A DNA stretch of 64,000 bases from Camelus dromedarius (lineage: Eukaryota). Positions 26,110 through 40,631 of this stretch are shown here, piece after piece; positions within the stretch are counted from its first letter, which is position 1, and each line of letters opens with the position of its first letter. The notes under the pieces were generated by a model. The model was not told the DNA's origin and did no database searches. It saw nothing but the letters and a program-made list of their open reading frames with translations. The stretch is from positions 57,848,001 through 57,912,000 of the forward strand of contig NC_087436.1 in assembly GCF_036321535.1 (NCBI RefSeq). Direction: 5' to 3'. Made by a program: the position numbers and the translations under genes.

Positions 26110-26560
26110 AATTTTGGGTCAGTTTCCCCAGAAAACAGCTCTGAAATGGAGATCTGCTGGTGTGCAGGAGGGTTACTTGAAGTGCTCCTAAGAAAAGTAT
26201 CTGCAAGGGAGTGAGAGAAGAGGGACTGGATGGAGGGGAGGTGAAAATGCAATGCAATACAACAGCAGCTCTGATGGTTCCATGGGCTCATCTGTAGGTA
26301 CAATGATTCTTCAGAGTTAACCCAAATGGAGGCTAGGCACTCAGACCTTCCTAGTTCTGTGACGACCAGTCAATGGGTGCATGCTCTTTCAGAAAGCGAG
26401 TGGAGCGGCTCCCGTCTGCCCAGGGCAGTTTCTGGACAGGGGATCAGCTGAGTGCTCACCCAAGAAGGAATGTCTCAGCCACAGAGCAGGGATCTGAATG
26501 TGTACCACAGAGTAATCTTGGAAATACTCTTCCAAGAGTCCACAGAATTCCACTTCTACT
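26110..26560 (-). mobile_element. Ancient ERVL-type solo LTR (LTR16/LTR33-like), interrupting an L2 relic
   Basis: GGGTCAGTTTCCCCAGAAAACAGCTCTGAAATGGAGAT..AGGGAGTGAGAGAAG resembles the reverse of an LTR16/33 3' end. An L2-like tail resumes at ~26700-26755. Confidence 0.55.
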
Positions 26561-27459
26561 ACATTTACCCATTTTGGGGGCCCTTTGTTGTCTCTCACCT
26601 TAGAGTACCGCTTTTTATACACTTAGCCAATACTCATGCCTAGGCTCTAAATTCCTTTTTTAGAAAATCACACAAAGAGTTTGAATGATACATTCTACAT
26701 TTACAGGTATTTGATAAGTATCTGTTCAAAGAGTGATGAATGTATGAATAAATAAAGTGTACCCTTAGAAATCACTTCAATATTAACAGTAAGAAAAAAC
26801 AGAAAATGCCATGTAATCATAGAGCAACTCTGTAAATAAAAATAGCCTGCCCATGTTGCATGGGTATTATACCATTCCACACTCTGTAAGAAAGATGGTC
26901 GGTCTATATGGATTAAACTGAGTTCTAAATGTTCCAGGGAAATGTTCAGATTCTGGTTCTGAGAATGGATTGTTGTGGGAGTCCATCTTTGGAGATCCTC
27001 TCTCACTCTCTTCCAGAGCAGTTCAGCTTGTATTTGTTTTACTTATTTTATGTAAAAGGTTTGGAAGCTTCCTGCAGTGTACGTGATGTCAACACATTTA
27101 AATTATACAGTATGAAAAGTCCTTACCAAAACACATATTACCACTAAGTAATATATACTTTACAATTAAGTGTAGCTCCTCATAATGAACTAAAGAATGC
27201 ATATGTGTGAAAATAAACTTTTTGCCACAAGAATTGTTAAAAATGCAGTCTATGCCTTTGAAATAGTCCTCTTGCAGATTCACCGATGCACACTCCAACT
27301 TCAAAGAATTTGAGGAAGCCATATTAAAACTAAGGTGTTGTTTATATAATATTGACACATGGTGCATTTACCCTTGACTTCTTGGTGTGTGTGTGTTTTC
27401 TTTAGCCAAATGATTTTGACAGTAGTGGATAAACACCACTGCCATGAATAATAAAAAGG

Positions 27460-27640
27460 ATAAATGGTATGGTATACAGAACACAGAACTGGAAGCCAGA
27501 AAACTTGGAATTTAAAACTAATTTCCTGTGTAACCAATGCTTCATAAGTCATTTAATTTTTCTGAGACTCAGTTTTCTCCACCTCAAAATTGTGAAAAAT
27601 AGGTTAGATTAACTTTATTTTACCTTCCCATTCTAAAACT
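27460..27640 (+). mobile_element. MIR SINE
   Basis: AAGTCATTTAATTTTTCTGAGACTCAGTTTTCTCCACCT core. Confidence 0.7.
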
Positions 27641-27756
27641 GCATGAGCAACTAATAAACAAAAATTTCAAGTACAAAAAATAGAAAAACAAAAATAGGAC
27701 ACAGTCTTTCAACAATAAAAAAAAATGCTTCTCAAATAATACTCTTGATATACTTA

Positions 27757-30700
27757 ACAGCAGAACACTGTGGCATTTTTATTAAACCAAAATGGCATTG
27801 ATTATCAAAATTACACAAGTTTGGAAGTGGAAACTAGAGCAGTTAGCCAATAAAGGTTTTATTTTATTATTTTTAAAAATTATTTCTATCATTTAGTTGG
27901 GAAGAAAGTTTTGCATTTTAGGATAAAGTGGCAGAATTTAACTTAGAACCTAATCATTTCCAATCTCTTATTTCTCATCTTATAGTAGCCATGAGAGAAG
28001 CCTCTGGAAGGAATGACATTGGGTGCTGTAACAGGGGAAGAGGCTCTGGCTAAGTCTTATCTCACAGTGTAAAAACCCCAAACACATGGCTGATTGCTAT
28101 CAGGGAGTCTAGCACAAAAACCATCTCCCAGACTGCCGTCTTCGAAAAGGCCTAACATCCTTCTCCTTCTATAGAGATACGAATTAAAAGTCCTGGTGCT
28201 AACAAAAGGCACATCAAGAAAGTTATCCCTACTGTATATATTGTAAACTGACAGCATATTTCTACTTAAAATTAAAAAAAAAAAAAACACACATTTTACT
28301 AAGAAAATTGAACCCAGGCTAGAAAATTTTTATGGAGCCTAATAATGACTTTAAGAATTTCTTTCCATTGGTGCATACACCACACAAATGTGGAAGCAAG
28401 CACAGTGCCCAAGTGTAGAGCAGCTGAACACACAGCACTGCTAACAGAGCTTCAGAGCAAGACAACAGCTTTTCCAATCACGGTCAAAAAGTCATCATCA
28501 ACCAAGGCACGAGGTGCTTCTTGAAAGACTCCTTTGGTAATTGCTATGTCAGATTGTCCCCAAATAGCTTCAAGAAGTTGTGAGTATTTTAGAGCTGATG
28601 TTTCACACTTCAATAAAATAAATTTTTCAATGCTTCAGTGAGCTCCTTTCCATTTAGGAGCTGCACTCATTCCTGTAGTAAGAACAAGTAAGGCCACAAC
28701 GCCAGTCTGGGGGTTAGGAGCAGACTGCTGTGCCGCCTCTCTGTGCAGGTGTTTTGCTTCTTCCACATCAACTGCTTCAACTTCATTTGAAAATCATACT
28801 TTAGCATGGGCTTCTGCTAAGCCATTTGAACGACTTTAGCTGTTGAGGGTGTACAGAAAGCATTCTTCAGCTACTACTGACCTTCCTCGTGTCTACATGA
28901 GCTTCAGCGAGAGCCTGGCTGGCTTCCGGGCTCAACCAAGGCAGGACAGCGCTGTGAGAGTAAGCAGCACCGTCCTTTAGCACTTTCAGGTCCATGAACT
29001 TCTCTTGCACGTGCTCCTGGCTCTCGTAGTTCAGAGCCACGAGGTGGTGAGTCAGATGCCTGCACGGGCTTCATCCTGTGGGTCTAGCATGAGGAGGCAC
29101 CAACCAAACCTTGATAATAATGTGTGAGGTAGCTGGACGTTTTTACAGTTAGATTTTTGGTTTTGTTTTTTTAGCATTACATTGAGACTCAATAGGATTT
29201 GCTACTGCCAGGATACGTACATGTGTGTGCACTGAGCTGGCAGACAATCCCAGCCTTTGTGGTGAGCAGAGTCACCTGTTCCATGACTTCGAGCAATACG
29301 GATCTTGTACTTCCATTCACTTTCTCAATTATCAGTACAGCAGATGCCACTGTCACTAAGGACCAGGGCCCTGTCTGCAGAACCAGCTGCCTCCTCCCGG
29401 GCCTTTCACTGCATGTACTATTAAGTCCACTGAGCTGGAGCCCTTCCCAGGTGTGTCCTGGTCCCAGGAGACTGGGTTGTACACATACTACAGCAGCTGG
29501 GGCTTGCTGGTCCCAGGGTCACCGCACAGCAGGATGTAGATCTCAGCGTGAAATCTGTCCCTTCCTGTGTGACTAAAATCTTCCCTTGTTCCCCAGAAAA
29601 GCTGATGCAAGATTCCCCTTTTGAAATTTAACTGTTCTTAAGTGCTTGGAGCTGCAGCTGAAGCAAGCTTCTCACAAATGTCTGGTATTCTGGAAAGTTC
29701 CTTAGGCAATTCCACATGCTTCTCTGAAAAAGTTTCTGTTCTGCTTCTTCATCTCCTTCTTTGTGCAGATGCTTCGCATCCATTTTCCGATAGTGAATGG
29801 TATCAATGAGTGTTTTGCAGACAGACCTCACAGTACTCACCCTTGAAATGATTCAATAGGAACAGCTGGAGAGATGCCTGTAATGTTCACTCTGTCCCCA
29901 ATGAATCTTGTCAACAATATCATTGTGAGCAAAAAGGATGACAGTGCGAGGCATCTGCCCTGCAGGCATGTTTTCAGGAGACTCTTACTTGTCAGAGAAC
30001 ACCAGGCAGTCATGGCCAGCACCCATGGTGGCGTGGCAGCTCGAGCACGTGCAGGGCTCAGTGATCTGACCGGGTCCATCTACACTAGGACAGTGTGGGT
30101 GCACACCTGGCACCGGAGGAAGGCCCCATGCCTCTCTGGAATCAGCCATGACATCTGATCACCATGCCACTGATGGTGATGAGCTGACTGATGTCTTCTA
30201 GATTCAGGTTTCTCATATTCTTTGCCTTCAACACATTGAATGGTCCTAATCGAATCTGCTATTCAAAGACTGAGTCAGATCTCACTGACAGCCATGGTAA
30301 AAGTTGGGATAACTTCCTATGGGAAGCAGATGCGCTGTCTGTACCAATTTTTGTCACATGACTTTATGTGTTTACAGTTTACATTTAAAAATGGCTCTTC
30401 AATAACATTAGTTTCCCCAAGTAGTTGCATGTACAGAGGCTCAGCAGTATCTATGGTAACATTTTTTTCTTCTTTAGTCATAGGGTCAAGAAAATGCTAA
30501 AGATATCTCTGAAAATTTTCTTTGCAGGTGGCCATATTTACATCTATTCCTCAAATCACAAATTTTTGGCTTAGAAACTGCTCACTGGCCACTGTATCTT
30601 CTGTTGCTGGCTCATACTGCAAATCCACCTGCAGATCTTTCCCTGTAGACCCCAGGTCAGGCCTGTGCCTCATGGCTGTGTCCCTAACACCACAGCTTGG

Positions 30701-31010
30701 GGTTCCCTCTCTCCACGGGCTGGGAGTGCCATATGTCAGTGCTGAACTAAAAAGAAAATCAGTAAGAATCATTGAAGAAGGTGTCAAAAGAGAGATGGAA
30801 AATAATGTGCCCTGCGTAGCAGGGCTCTGCAGGTCAGCTCCGGGCCTGGTCAGCACAGCCTGCAGCTCTCCCGTAGATGCAGAATCCTGGTTCCACTGTC
30901 TCTGACATGGAGATGACCTGGCTTTCCCACTTGGAGCAGGGGAAGGTGGCCGACCCCAAAGCCCACAGGGCTCCAGGTGCACCCAGCAGGTTATGCTCCC
31001 AAATGCCTCC
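27757..31010 (-). pseudogene. MCM4: MCM4 processed pseudogene (retrocopy) in GRID2 intron 7
   Basis: Intronless, near full-length match to MCM4: [37 protein letters not shown] (ORF 30551..30982), [17 protein letters not shown], Walker [10 protein letters not shown] (~29500-29529), arginine finger LSRF (~29107-29118), and C-terminal [14 protein letters not shown] with TGA at 28452-28454. Numerous stops and frameshifts. 3' UTR-like sequence follows. The 3' boundary is inferred from AATAAA at 27783-27778 and is uncertain. Confidence 0.95.
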
Positions 31011-31600
31011 AGAAAAGTTTTTTTAAAGTTTTAAAAAGGTAAAAAGTATTAGGATTAATTGTTCATTTTATTTGAAGATGATATCAATATCTACTTGAAA
31101 AAACACAAGCGATTAAACTACAAAGAAACAAGTAAGAATCCAGAGTTAAGTCTCAAAAGTTGAGCAGGTCAGTCACAAAAGACATCAAACATTGACAACT
31201 CCCTCATGTACCTACAATGGCTAGTTTAAAAAGATAATGGAAGCTTATCCTATTCATGATAGCATGCACTGACACATGCACACAGAACACAAAACCCTAT
31301 AAAATTTGAAGAATAACTACAATGAAAAGATGTATAAAGAGCACTATAAATCTTTACTGAGGGTTATAAAAAGTTGACTATGTGGATAGACACCATATCC
31401 ATGAATGGGAAGGCTCAATATTTTAAAAATTATAATTTTCTCAAAAATAATTTATAAAATCCATGTAAATAACAACAGCATGGAGGTGCTGATAATATCT
31501 GGGGGAAATGGACATTTGAGAATTAACCTCCCATTTTTGAAAAAAGAAGAGAAATATGGAGGCACCCATTCTACCAATTCATAAAATAAATTACACAGTT
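31010..31600 (+). mobile_element. Old L1 ORF2 (RT region) fragment
   Basis: TTATTTGAAGATGATATCAATATCTAC reads LFEDDINIY (cf. LFADDMIVY); also CCATATCCATGAATGGGAAGGCTCAATATT. Confidence 0.7.
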
Positions 31601-31861
31601 GCCACACTGGAGTCCCCTCGTCGTCCTCCTTTACTGGACATTTACAGCACTTACACCAACTGCAGTGCTTTTTAACTCTTCCGACTCATCCACCTGATAA
31701 GAATATAAATTAACTAAAGAACAGACATTCATTCTTTTAATTCTTTGTACTCCTTGCATTAATACATAGGCTTTGTAAAGTGTATACAGGATGCCCTTAA
31801 TGTAGGTGTGCAGTTTTTACTTGAACATAATTAAAATTTTTATCACTAGAATATTCCCATT

Positions 31862-32240
31862 GTAATAAAGAGCCTGACCTCATTTGTGATGTTTGGCTGC
31901 TGAGTTCTTTTTAAGCTTTGCCTTCCCTTTCCTCTTTGGCTCCACATCCAGACAGGCTGATGAAGAAAGCCCATCCTGCACCTCCTTCTTTGACATCTGT
32001 GGGAAATTTAAGTCTCGAAAATCTCCAGTGCACATAAATGGAAACTTTCCTTAGCCCCATCCCTTAACCACTACAAGTGCCCAGCCCACCCACACAGCTT
32101 AGCCGGAGCCAGCCTGGACCTGAGTGTGCCCGCTGCTCTCGCCCGCTGCTCTCCCCAGGAGTCCCTGTGTGAGTAGTAAACCTCTCTCAGATTCTCTTGC
32201 TGTATCATCAGCCCTGTATCTGAATGGGACAACCAAAGCA
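31862..32240 (+). mobile_element. Solo LTR (probably ERV1 class; subfamily uncertain)
   Basis: Begins TGTAA and ends near CA. LTR-like CTGCTCTCCCCAG..GTGAGTAGTAAACCT polyA region. GC-richer than the flanks. Confidence 0.65.
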
Positions 32241-33929
32241 CTTGTCTTAGGCAAAGTAAAGTAATACGATTGGAAAAATGAAACTCCACTTTTTAAGGCC
32301 AATTAGAAATGTGGATGAAAAATAATGAAATTAAACATTTACAATTATAGGTATCATTCAAACTTAGTCTCCAGAAACACAGAATGAGATATATTCCTTT
32401 CAAAAGTGCCACTGCGTTGAAAACTTACTGGGGAAATTATGCAAATACTCCCCCAAAATGAAATTTCATAATTATTATATTAAATCATTGTTTTGATTAT
32501 AAATTTTCTAGCAGTAACATTTTACATCTTGAATTGCTTCATGAGAAATACCTACATATTACAGTGTCTCTCTTTCCCTCCTACTGATACTTTCACTAAA
32601 TAAGTGTCTCCTAAGCAACCTCCCAAAATATTATTCTGTCTTTGTGAGACAGCTTCAGAAGAATGAATATATTCAGGCTCCTGCACCCGAGCCAAACCAT
32701 GAATTAATAAATTGGCCGGATCAGAACCATGTTCAACAACCTCCCTTGGATTCATACCTGCCAACTCTCTACAGAGATAGAGCTGGGTGATTCTGGCAAC
32801 TCCTTGAGTTTAGATTTGACTTATTCATTTTTCAGTTGAAAAATCCTTCTCTGCTAATATATTCAATACATTTAATTCTTCAGCACTTCTATTGATAAGA
32901 GCCTAAATTCTCATTAAAGTGATTCTTCTGCAAGGAAGACACAGTACCAAGAGGAAGATCTAGACTTTCCTCTATTTGAAACATTTTTTTTCCCTTCACT
33001 TCCTGGTTTTTGTACATCCAGTCCTCTTCTAACTTTAATTTCTAGATTTCTCTCTGGCTCTTCTAAATACATTCATATTTCATTTGACTAGCTATTTCTC
33101 TTACTGTTTCAGGAGCAAAAAGGCAAATGCACGTGGAAAGAATAAAGATGCACAAAATGGAGAATATAAACTTCTAAATGGCCGTCTTCTTTGTGTAAAG
33201 GGTACAGGAGAAATTTGCTTGTTTTATTAATCATTTCATTTTAAATCTGAGAAGCTGTGCGAGACAAATGGAAAATGCCAGCAAGGATGACATGACAAAG
33301 AGGCTAATAAACTGCAGGATGCTTATACCTTTGAGAGGAGCTAAGCTATGTAAACTGTCTCCTGGCAATGGGGTAGGTAGCTGAGCCAAAGCAGGTCACG
33401 GTCAGGCTAAATACCACACTGATGGTAAAGAAGAATGCCATCAAGTATTCAAATAGTTCATAAATGCTACAAAATCTTAACCGTATATGAATTTTATCTT
33501 AACTGCAAGACGAAGTAAAGACCATCACATCCAATGTCTTACCATGTATCATCTAACTGAAAAACAGCTATATCTAGTGCTTATTCTTTTTCAGTGGATG
33601 ATGTCATTTAAAGAAAAAAAAAAACAGCTTTTTGCACTTTGTGACAGGCACCAAAATAATTTGAGCATTTCTAACCCTAATGATATAATGAAGGTGATTT
33701 AAAATATGTCAACCATTAGTTTTTTACTTGCATAAAATTTCCTTATAAATAAATAAGGGCTCCCTGTTTCATAGACCTTTATGAATTTCTGGCCTTTTTT
33801 AAAAATATTTCATTTACCCATTACACTGTTTTGTGCTTTGAACAGGCAGCAATATTGGTGAAAAAAAAATCCTTTCTAAGTGATATCTCATCAAACGATG
33901 ATTTATTGTTCTTCTCCACATGAAAATTA

Positions 33930-34205
<276 letters not shown>

Positions 34206-36959
34206 TCATGTCATAGACGGCTGGTTTCCCAGGTTATTTATTAAGCAGAAAGTTTCTTTCTTCATTTCCTGGGCAATTTTGCCACTGAGAATGAAGTCTT
34301 GTCTGATTGTATGCCTCAATTGCTTTTTCAGCTTATTTAGGTGTAAAAGAGAAGATAAAAAAAAGAGAAGCTTCTACAGTGGCAAGGCTGTTAGTTAGTG
34401 TCAGACCTTAGAAAATCACTGGTCCTTATTTCTTTCCAAGGCGGTAAGGATCTGAGGGCTTAAGATTGGAAGGACAAACTGAATAATACATTTTCTGAAT
34501 ATGTCAAGTTTTTGCATTCTGGTTATTCAGATGGAGAAATATCAACTAGATCTTACATAAAAGATGAGTGTCATAGGTGCAAAAAAAAGGGAAGCAGCCA
34601 TCTGTGTATAAGTTTGTGTCTATGGAGATTCAGTAAATTAAAAATGAGAGGAAACAGCACTATTCCTTAACTCTATAATGGTCAAGGATCTGTACAAAAT
34701 TGTATAGGTATTCACACACATTGCAGTTCATTAACATGACAAATACATCAACAATTAAGTGTCTGTGAATGTGTGTTTATACTAACACTTTCTTCTTCTA
34801 AGACAATCATGTTCTTCTTTCTATATAGATTTTAAAATGAATTATAGAAATGTTTGATAAGCTCTATTGCACTCTTACACATAACTTTTGCCAGAACCAC
34901 TATCCTTACGGTTAATTACCAATGGTGTTTATTTTTCAAAAAATTAGAAATAATATTTAAAAAATGTAAACACCAAGAGATATCCAAGGTCAAAAAAAGT
35001 GATTGAAAGTTACATTATTTCCTCTCTGAAGGAAAAATGCAATATAAAATAAAAAATGAGATATCAACCCAGCTATGAAAAGCAAATCCATCTTCAAGAT
35101 TTAAATTTTCTCAGATTTTTAAAAGTGCCTTGTTACCACAGTTTTTCCTAAAAATAAAGAGAAAAGTATTTTGATTGCCCTTTGCTTATAATTAATCATG
35201 AAGGAATCTTATGAAATGTTCCGTCCATATCCCAGCACAGTACTATGCTTCGACTGTTAGGATGATGAGAGTTTAACGTAAGAACAAGTGTTAAGAAGCA
35301 CTTCCTAACAGTGCCTTGGGAGTTTTCTTTCATAACTAGGTAAGTCTTTAATCATTTGTGTTTGTAGACCTTCCTTTAAGGAGAAGCTGAACACTCGTAT
35401 GCACTACGAGAAATACCAGTTTGTTCTTCATAAGGAACTATCAGGGAAAGCTATTGTCACTTTCACTCCCCTGCCCCTCCCTCGCCAGATAATTACTTGA
35501 TTAGGGGGTCGGCTGCAATTGGCAATGATTGAAGAGGGAGACTTGAAGTTAAAAGCAGCTGATGAATCAAACTTCATCTGAATTAGACTGTGAAGACCCA
35601 AAAAGTAAGCCTAGAAGAAATGTGCAGCATGAGTGGGCTATACCCCAAAACCCAGGGCAGATTTTTTGATGGTTTCTCAATAATCAACAATAACCTGGCC
35701 TTTCCTAACATCTCCTGGCCCCACCGCCTCTGACTTGCTTGTTCTTATCTCTCCAGCTTTATTTTGTTTCTTCCTTTGGCTGACTGCTTTAAGTATGCAG
35801 GTGAGACAGTTGTGGGAGCATCCTTTGATGTCTCTTATCTTTCTCCAAAGGTCAATATCCTCCAATCCTCACTTCATAGAACACAAGCTGGGTGAATCCT
35901 ACCCTGAAAACATTTCAGGATTCTCCCTCCTCCCAGGCTAAGTGGGCAGTCCTCTTTTTATCTCCATAATGCTCAGTGCTTAGGTCTGTTGAAGCATATC
36001 ATGATGCTAAGACTTTGTTTAAATCTGCTTTTCACACTAGAATATGAGTCCCTTCTGGATGGGGGCTCAAATTGTACATACTTTCCCCATCTTTGTTACT
36101 TTTTTATTTCCTCTTGACTTAGCCTAGAGCCTAGCACATATTTGGTTTTTGATAAAGAGATGTTAAGGCAAAGAAGTCAAAGAAAAGAAAGTCAAGTTTA
36201 ACATCAGATGGGAGAAACCTGGTAACTGGGTTCCACCCAAACCTGACACTTCCTGGGGCACAGTCTTTTCCTCACACCTTGAGGCACATACTTTAGCATC
36301 CAAGCTGGTCTTAAAGGTGAGTGCTTTGTACTCAGTATGTGACAGGTGTTTTCAACAAATGACTGCCCCTTCTTATTTGCCCACATCCCGAACTGCAGGA
36401 TCAAAAAGGTGGTTGATGACCTTCTCTGAGCTAGCTGTTACCCCTTGTTTTACTTCTTTCTCAGGCAACTGCCTATTCTCTTTTGAAGTTCATGCTTTCT
36501 TCTATGCCACGCATTACAGCCCCTTTCTGCCATCATCTACTGACCTCTTGGTCACCCTTTATTCATGACTTCTCCTTCACAGTGATCCCAAACTGTCTCC
36601 TTGTATGAAAGATCTTACACAGAAGATCTTCACTTCTACTCAGGCCACAAGCAACACTAATGATCATTTACTGGACACAAATGCACAAGTCCTTTAACAT
36701 CTTATTAAACTCCAGTATCCCATCATTTGACCAACCCTTTCTCTCTACCTTACTGTTACTACACTTGTTCTCTGCCTTCACTGAACCATCAGCACCAACC
36801 TCTTCTATGTGCAACCTCTACTTGACACCTCCTATGACCTGCCCTGAAACATCATCTTTTCTTCAGTTGTTTATCATCCAGTATAATTTCTAGGCTGTTC
36901 ACCATATCAGTGTTTTTTCTCTGTCCTTCTCTTATTTTTCAGTGTTTCTATTCAGTGTT

Positions 36960-38450
36960 TCTATTGGAACTGACACACTATTGCAGATGTGAGCTAACTA
37001 GGAGAGAGCAGTATAAGTTGCTCTCTCTTGATCTTAGTAAAATGCTTCTGACATAGAGACCAAAATTACATTAGAATGGTTTGGAGGAAATAACGACTTC
37101 TGCTATGCTCAAGCCAAATCTGCCTTCATCTTAACGGCCTTGAAAAGCTATCAGACCAGGTCTCATCTATCTAGACTTCCCGTAATTGATTTTGAACCTT
37201 ACTTTATCTTTGTGATATTTCAACTTACAGGCATATTGTTAGCAAATAGTAACAATCTGAATCTTGATTATGTAACACAATGTAAGCATTTTCTCCTGGG
37301 CACTTACAAATCTGAGAGGTACACTTCATTCATTTTCATTTGTGTGATTTAAACATTTTGGAAATATTAGGTCCAAGGACAGAAACTTTGTGGAGGACCA
37401 CTTCAAGAGCAGAATATTTATCAATGTGATCTGAATATTCTCGCTCCATACATCTCAAACTGAAGGTAAGGGAAGCCCTGGTGGTAAGTGTAGAAGAACT
37501 CAAACTACAGAATACATTCTTCTAATATAGTCTAACAAAGTCTCATAAAATAATGAGACTTTAATATATTTAAAAAATTTTTTTAAATCTGAAGCCAGAG
37601 TGTTAACCATCTTCTGTTCTTAGGAGTCCTTTGGGGAAACTATTCGAATGACATGACATCAATTTATTTAGACTTTTTAATGTCCTCTCATGAGGATTTC
37701 ATAAGAAAATTTGTCAAACACTACATAAAAATCAAAATACAATAAATCGATTTATGACATCCTCTCTATCTAGAAAATTATTAAGTAGGACTTGGTTTGA
37801 AAGTGCTTGCTCTTAGGAAGTTCTATTATCTTATTTGAAGTTCCCCAAACCATATATTTAATAACATATTCTACACTTTATCCAAATATTAATTTTAGTG
37901 TGTTAAACTCTGGTTGTCAGAATCTTTTTTCCTTCCTTTTGAAAACTGGGACACTATACCAATGTCTTGCACTCCGGTCTTCCTCCCAAGTATTTCTCTA
38001 GTATTCTTAAATTATAATATTGTGATCATACCTACTGGCTTATTTACTGCTCTGGGCGATTATTTTTCAGGCCTCATTTTAGAGCAGTAAGGCATACTCT
38101 GACCACCACCAAACCCCTGCTCCTAAACCAGTGGTTTACTTTTAATGACATATTCTAATATTTCCAGTCTGAAGACATTTTTTCCTCAGTGGAGAAAACA
38201 GAAGCAAAAAGATGTGAACGTTTCTATTTTCTCTCCATTAACAGCCAAGCTAACATTAACCAAGCAGTAAGTGGCCACTTCCTTCTTGCTTCATATGTTG
38301 CTAAAAACTCTGTTTCTATCTAAAAGGTGTCTTTAACATTTATTTTGCAACTTCAGCTAACCCTGAATTTTAGTCTTCCTGGCACTAACTTAAAGATTGG
38401 GGGAACTCATTTTTGTTCTTTCTAAAGCTTACTTCCCTTTCTATGTACAC
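36960..38450 (-). mobile_element. CR1/L3 LINE fragments
   Basis: GAACTGACACACTATTGCAGATGTG..AGAGCAGTATAAG..; AATTTGTCAAACACT..AAAATCAAAATACA pattern of reverse L3. Confidence 0.55.
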
Positions 38451-40405
38451 TGAAATATGTAACAGCCCAGAGATTGCTACGTGGGCTCACTGTACCTGCT
38501 TCTCCTCTGTTGTATTGATTATTGTGATTTTATAGTTGGGTTTCTACTTTTAGAGCTCACTCAAGTCATATTTTCATACATCTTTTTTCTGAGTTGTTTT
38601 TTTTTCAATTGTACCCTGGTGATAAGATATGTCTGATCATTTTTATTTGCATCGCTTTTACGGGCTCCAAGTTGTAAGGGTTAATTCTTCTAGGGAATGC
38701 CCTACTCTCAAATTTCAGTAAGTATTTTCCTAGTTTTTTTTTTTTTTTTTAACTTCAATGAGATAAAATATTCACCAAGGTAAACCTCTATAACAAATGC
38801 TCTGCTTTTAGTGGAATATTTTAAATTCAAGAGCCCTGCATTTAGACTCTTCATTGTATAAATCTTCACATATAAAAGTTTCTATCAGTTTTCCTTTTAC
38901 ATATTAAACATTTAGTCAAATTCTATTACATATAATAGGGAAATACATATGTAATAAATACTCAAAGAAAAAGTCACTGTCCTATTTTCTTCTATCTGGG
39001 TTTGAGAGGAGTAATGAAGATGGTAGGAGTGGTGCTTCCAGCCCATCCTGAATTCATCAGATAGGCCTGCGAATATAAAGACAAACAAAATATTTGTTCC
39101 CTGATTTCGAGGAACTCATTAATCGAACCAGGACTGTGCAGTTAGGCGAATATGCTTTAAAATACTGTGTAGTGACTTTCTGCTTTACCCATCTGTACAT
39201 TTCCTGCTATCTCTTTTGATAGAAGCAGCCTTTTAACACCTCATAATTTTCTAAATCAAAGTTCTTTCACATTTTTCTCCATTTAAAATTCAATCATTTC
39301 CACATCAATTACACTCATGAGCAATTAATATGAAAAGATGGGTCATTAGAAGCATAAAATGTTAACCTTATTTATGCTTCAGAGTGGCTTACTTAGACCA
39401 TTGCCTTCTCCCTAATTACATTCAAACCTACAGATATTTACAGAGGTGGGTATGATGGGGGAAAGAGAGATAGGTGAGTACTTTATGTGATTTTATGATG
39501 CCTTGTCCTGGAGGGAACTTATTCTAAATGAGCTTAAAATCTAGCAGGAAAGTTCTATGGGCAATAATCCTGGAGCCAGATGCCTGATAAATATACACTG
39601 CTCATTACAATGGTAATAAGTATGAAGAAAAAGCTGGATAAATGGTAATTTATCTAAAAAATTCAAAGCTGACTAAAGATAGGGAAGCTGTGGAGTCATT
39701 GTTCAGGAAGTCTGCAAAATCAACTCTTCTATTTAGTATCATTGGGAATGAACTATTTCTCCTAGGATTATTTTTTCACACTGAACATCTCTGAGAACTA
39801 AAATGTTTTCGATATTGAATGTTTTGAAGAAATAGGTTTCTAAAATATATCATACATTTCTTTTCACTTTTGAAATTGACCATGACTTTCATCTTTGTTG
39901 ATATTGTAGGTTTACTGTTTAAATATTAACTAACATGCTGGCAACATACTACAGTGATACCCTTAGGAACTGTTTTATGATGTAGAGCTGTTTTACAGGG
40001 AAATCTCTCTTTTGATGGGATATTTGAATTAGTGTATTTGTTTGATTTCTTCTTTCTTGTCTCTTGCCTATCTAAAGAGCACTTCTTATGGAGCTCAATT
40101 CTTGTCCATGTGCCTACCTTTGTTATATCTCCTTCAAACTGACATACTGAGATATCCAGTGCAAAGAGAAATAAAACAAAAAAAGATCCTGATAGGATTT
40201 TCCTTAAGAAAAAGAAATAGGCTCCAGATGAATATTAAAAGGGAATTTTTATGAGCAAGCTGTAAGGACTTGGTGGATTTTATTTTGCTGCTCAGAGATT
40301 GTATTCATTTACTTTCAAATTCTTTGTTGTATTCTGAATAGCAAAGGTTTCAGCTACATCTCATCTGAGTTTATAGCACTACAGCAGTTTTTGGACTTCT
40401 AAGTT

Positions 40406-40406
<1 letters not shown>

Positions 40407-40436
<30 letters not shown>
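40407..40436 (+). repeat. Poly-T30 homopolymer
   Basis: Direct reading. Confidence 0.95.
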
Positions 40437-40437
<1 letters not shown>

Positions 40438-40631
40438 GTGCAGCTCTTCAAACCAGAAATTAATCTTTAAAAGAAAAAAAAAAAACTTCTATGTCCTTGT
40501 TAAGCCAGAAAAGTCAAACATATTTATTAGCTTAATGCTTTGGAGTTTGGCATTAAAGAGTATTAATCACAAATTCTACCATGAGAAATGTTATCAATCT
40601 ACTTGCTGAAAAGAAAATAACCTTTACTTAT

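Noticed and set aside
28273..28287. A-run as the poly-A tail of the MCM4 retrocopy
   Set aside because: Wrong strand. The retrocopy is on the minus strand, so this is a T-run within its 3' UTR.
29199..30905. Plus-strand ORFs of 86-127 aa
   Set aside because: They are antisense shadows of the GC-richer MCM4 retrocopy with no independent homology.
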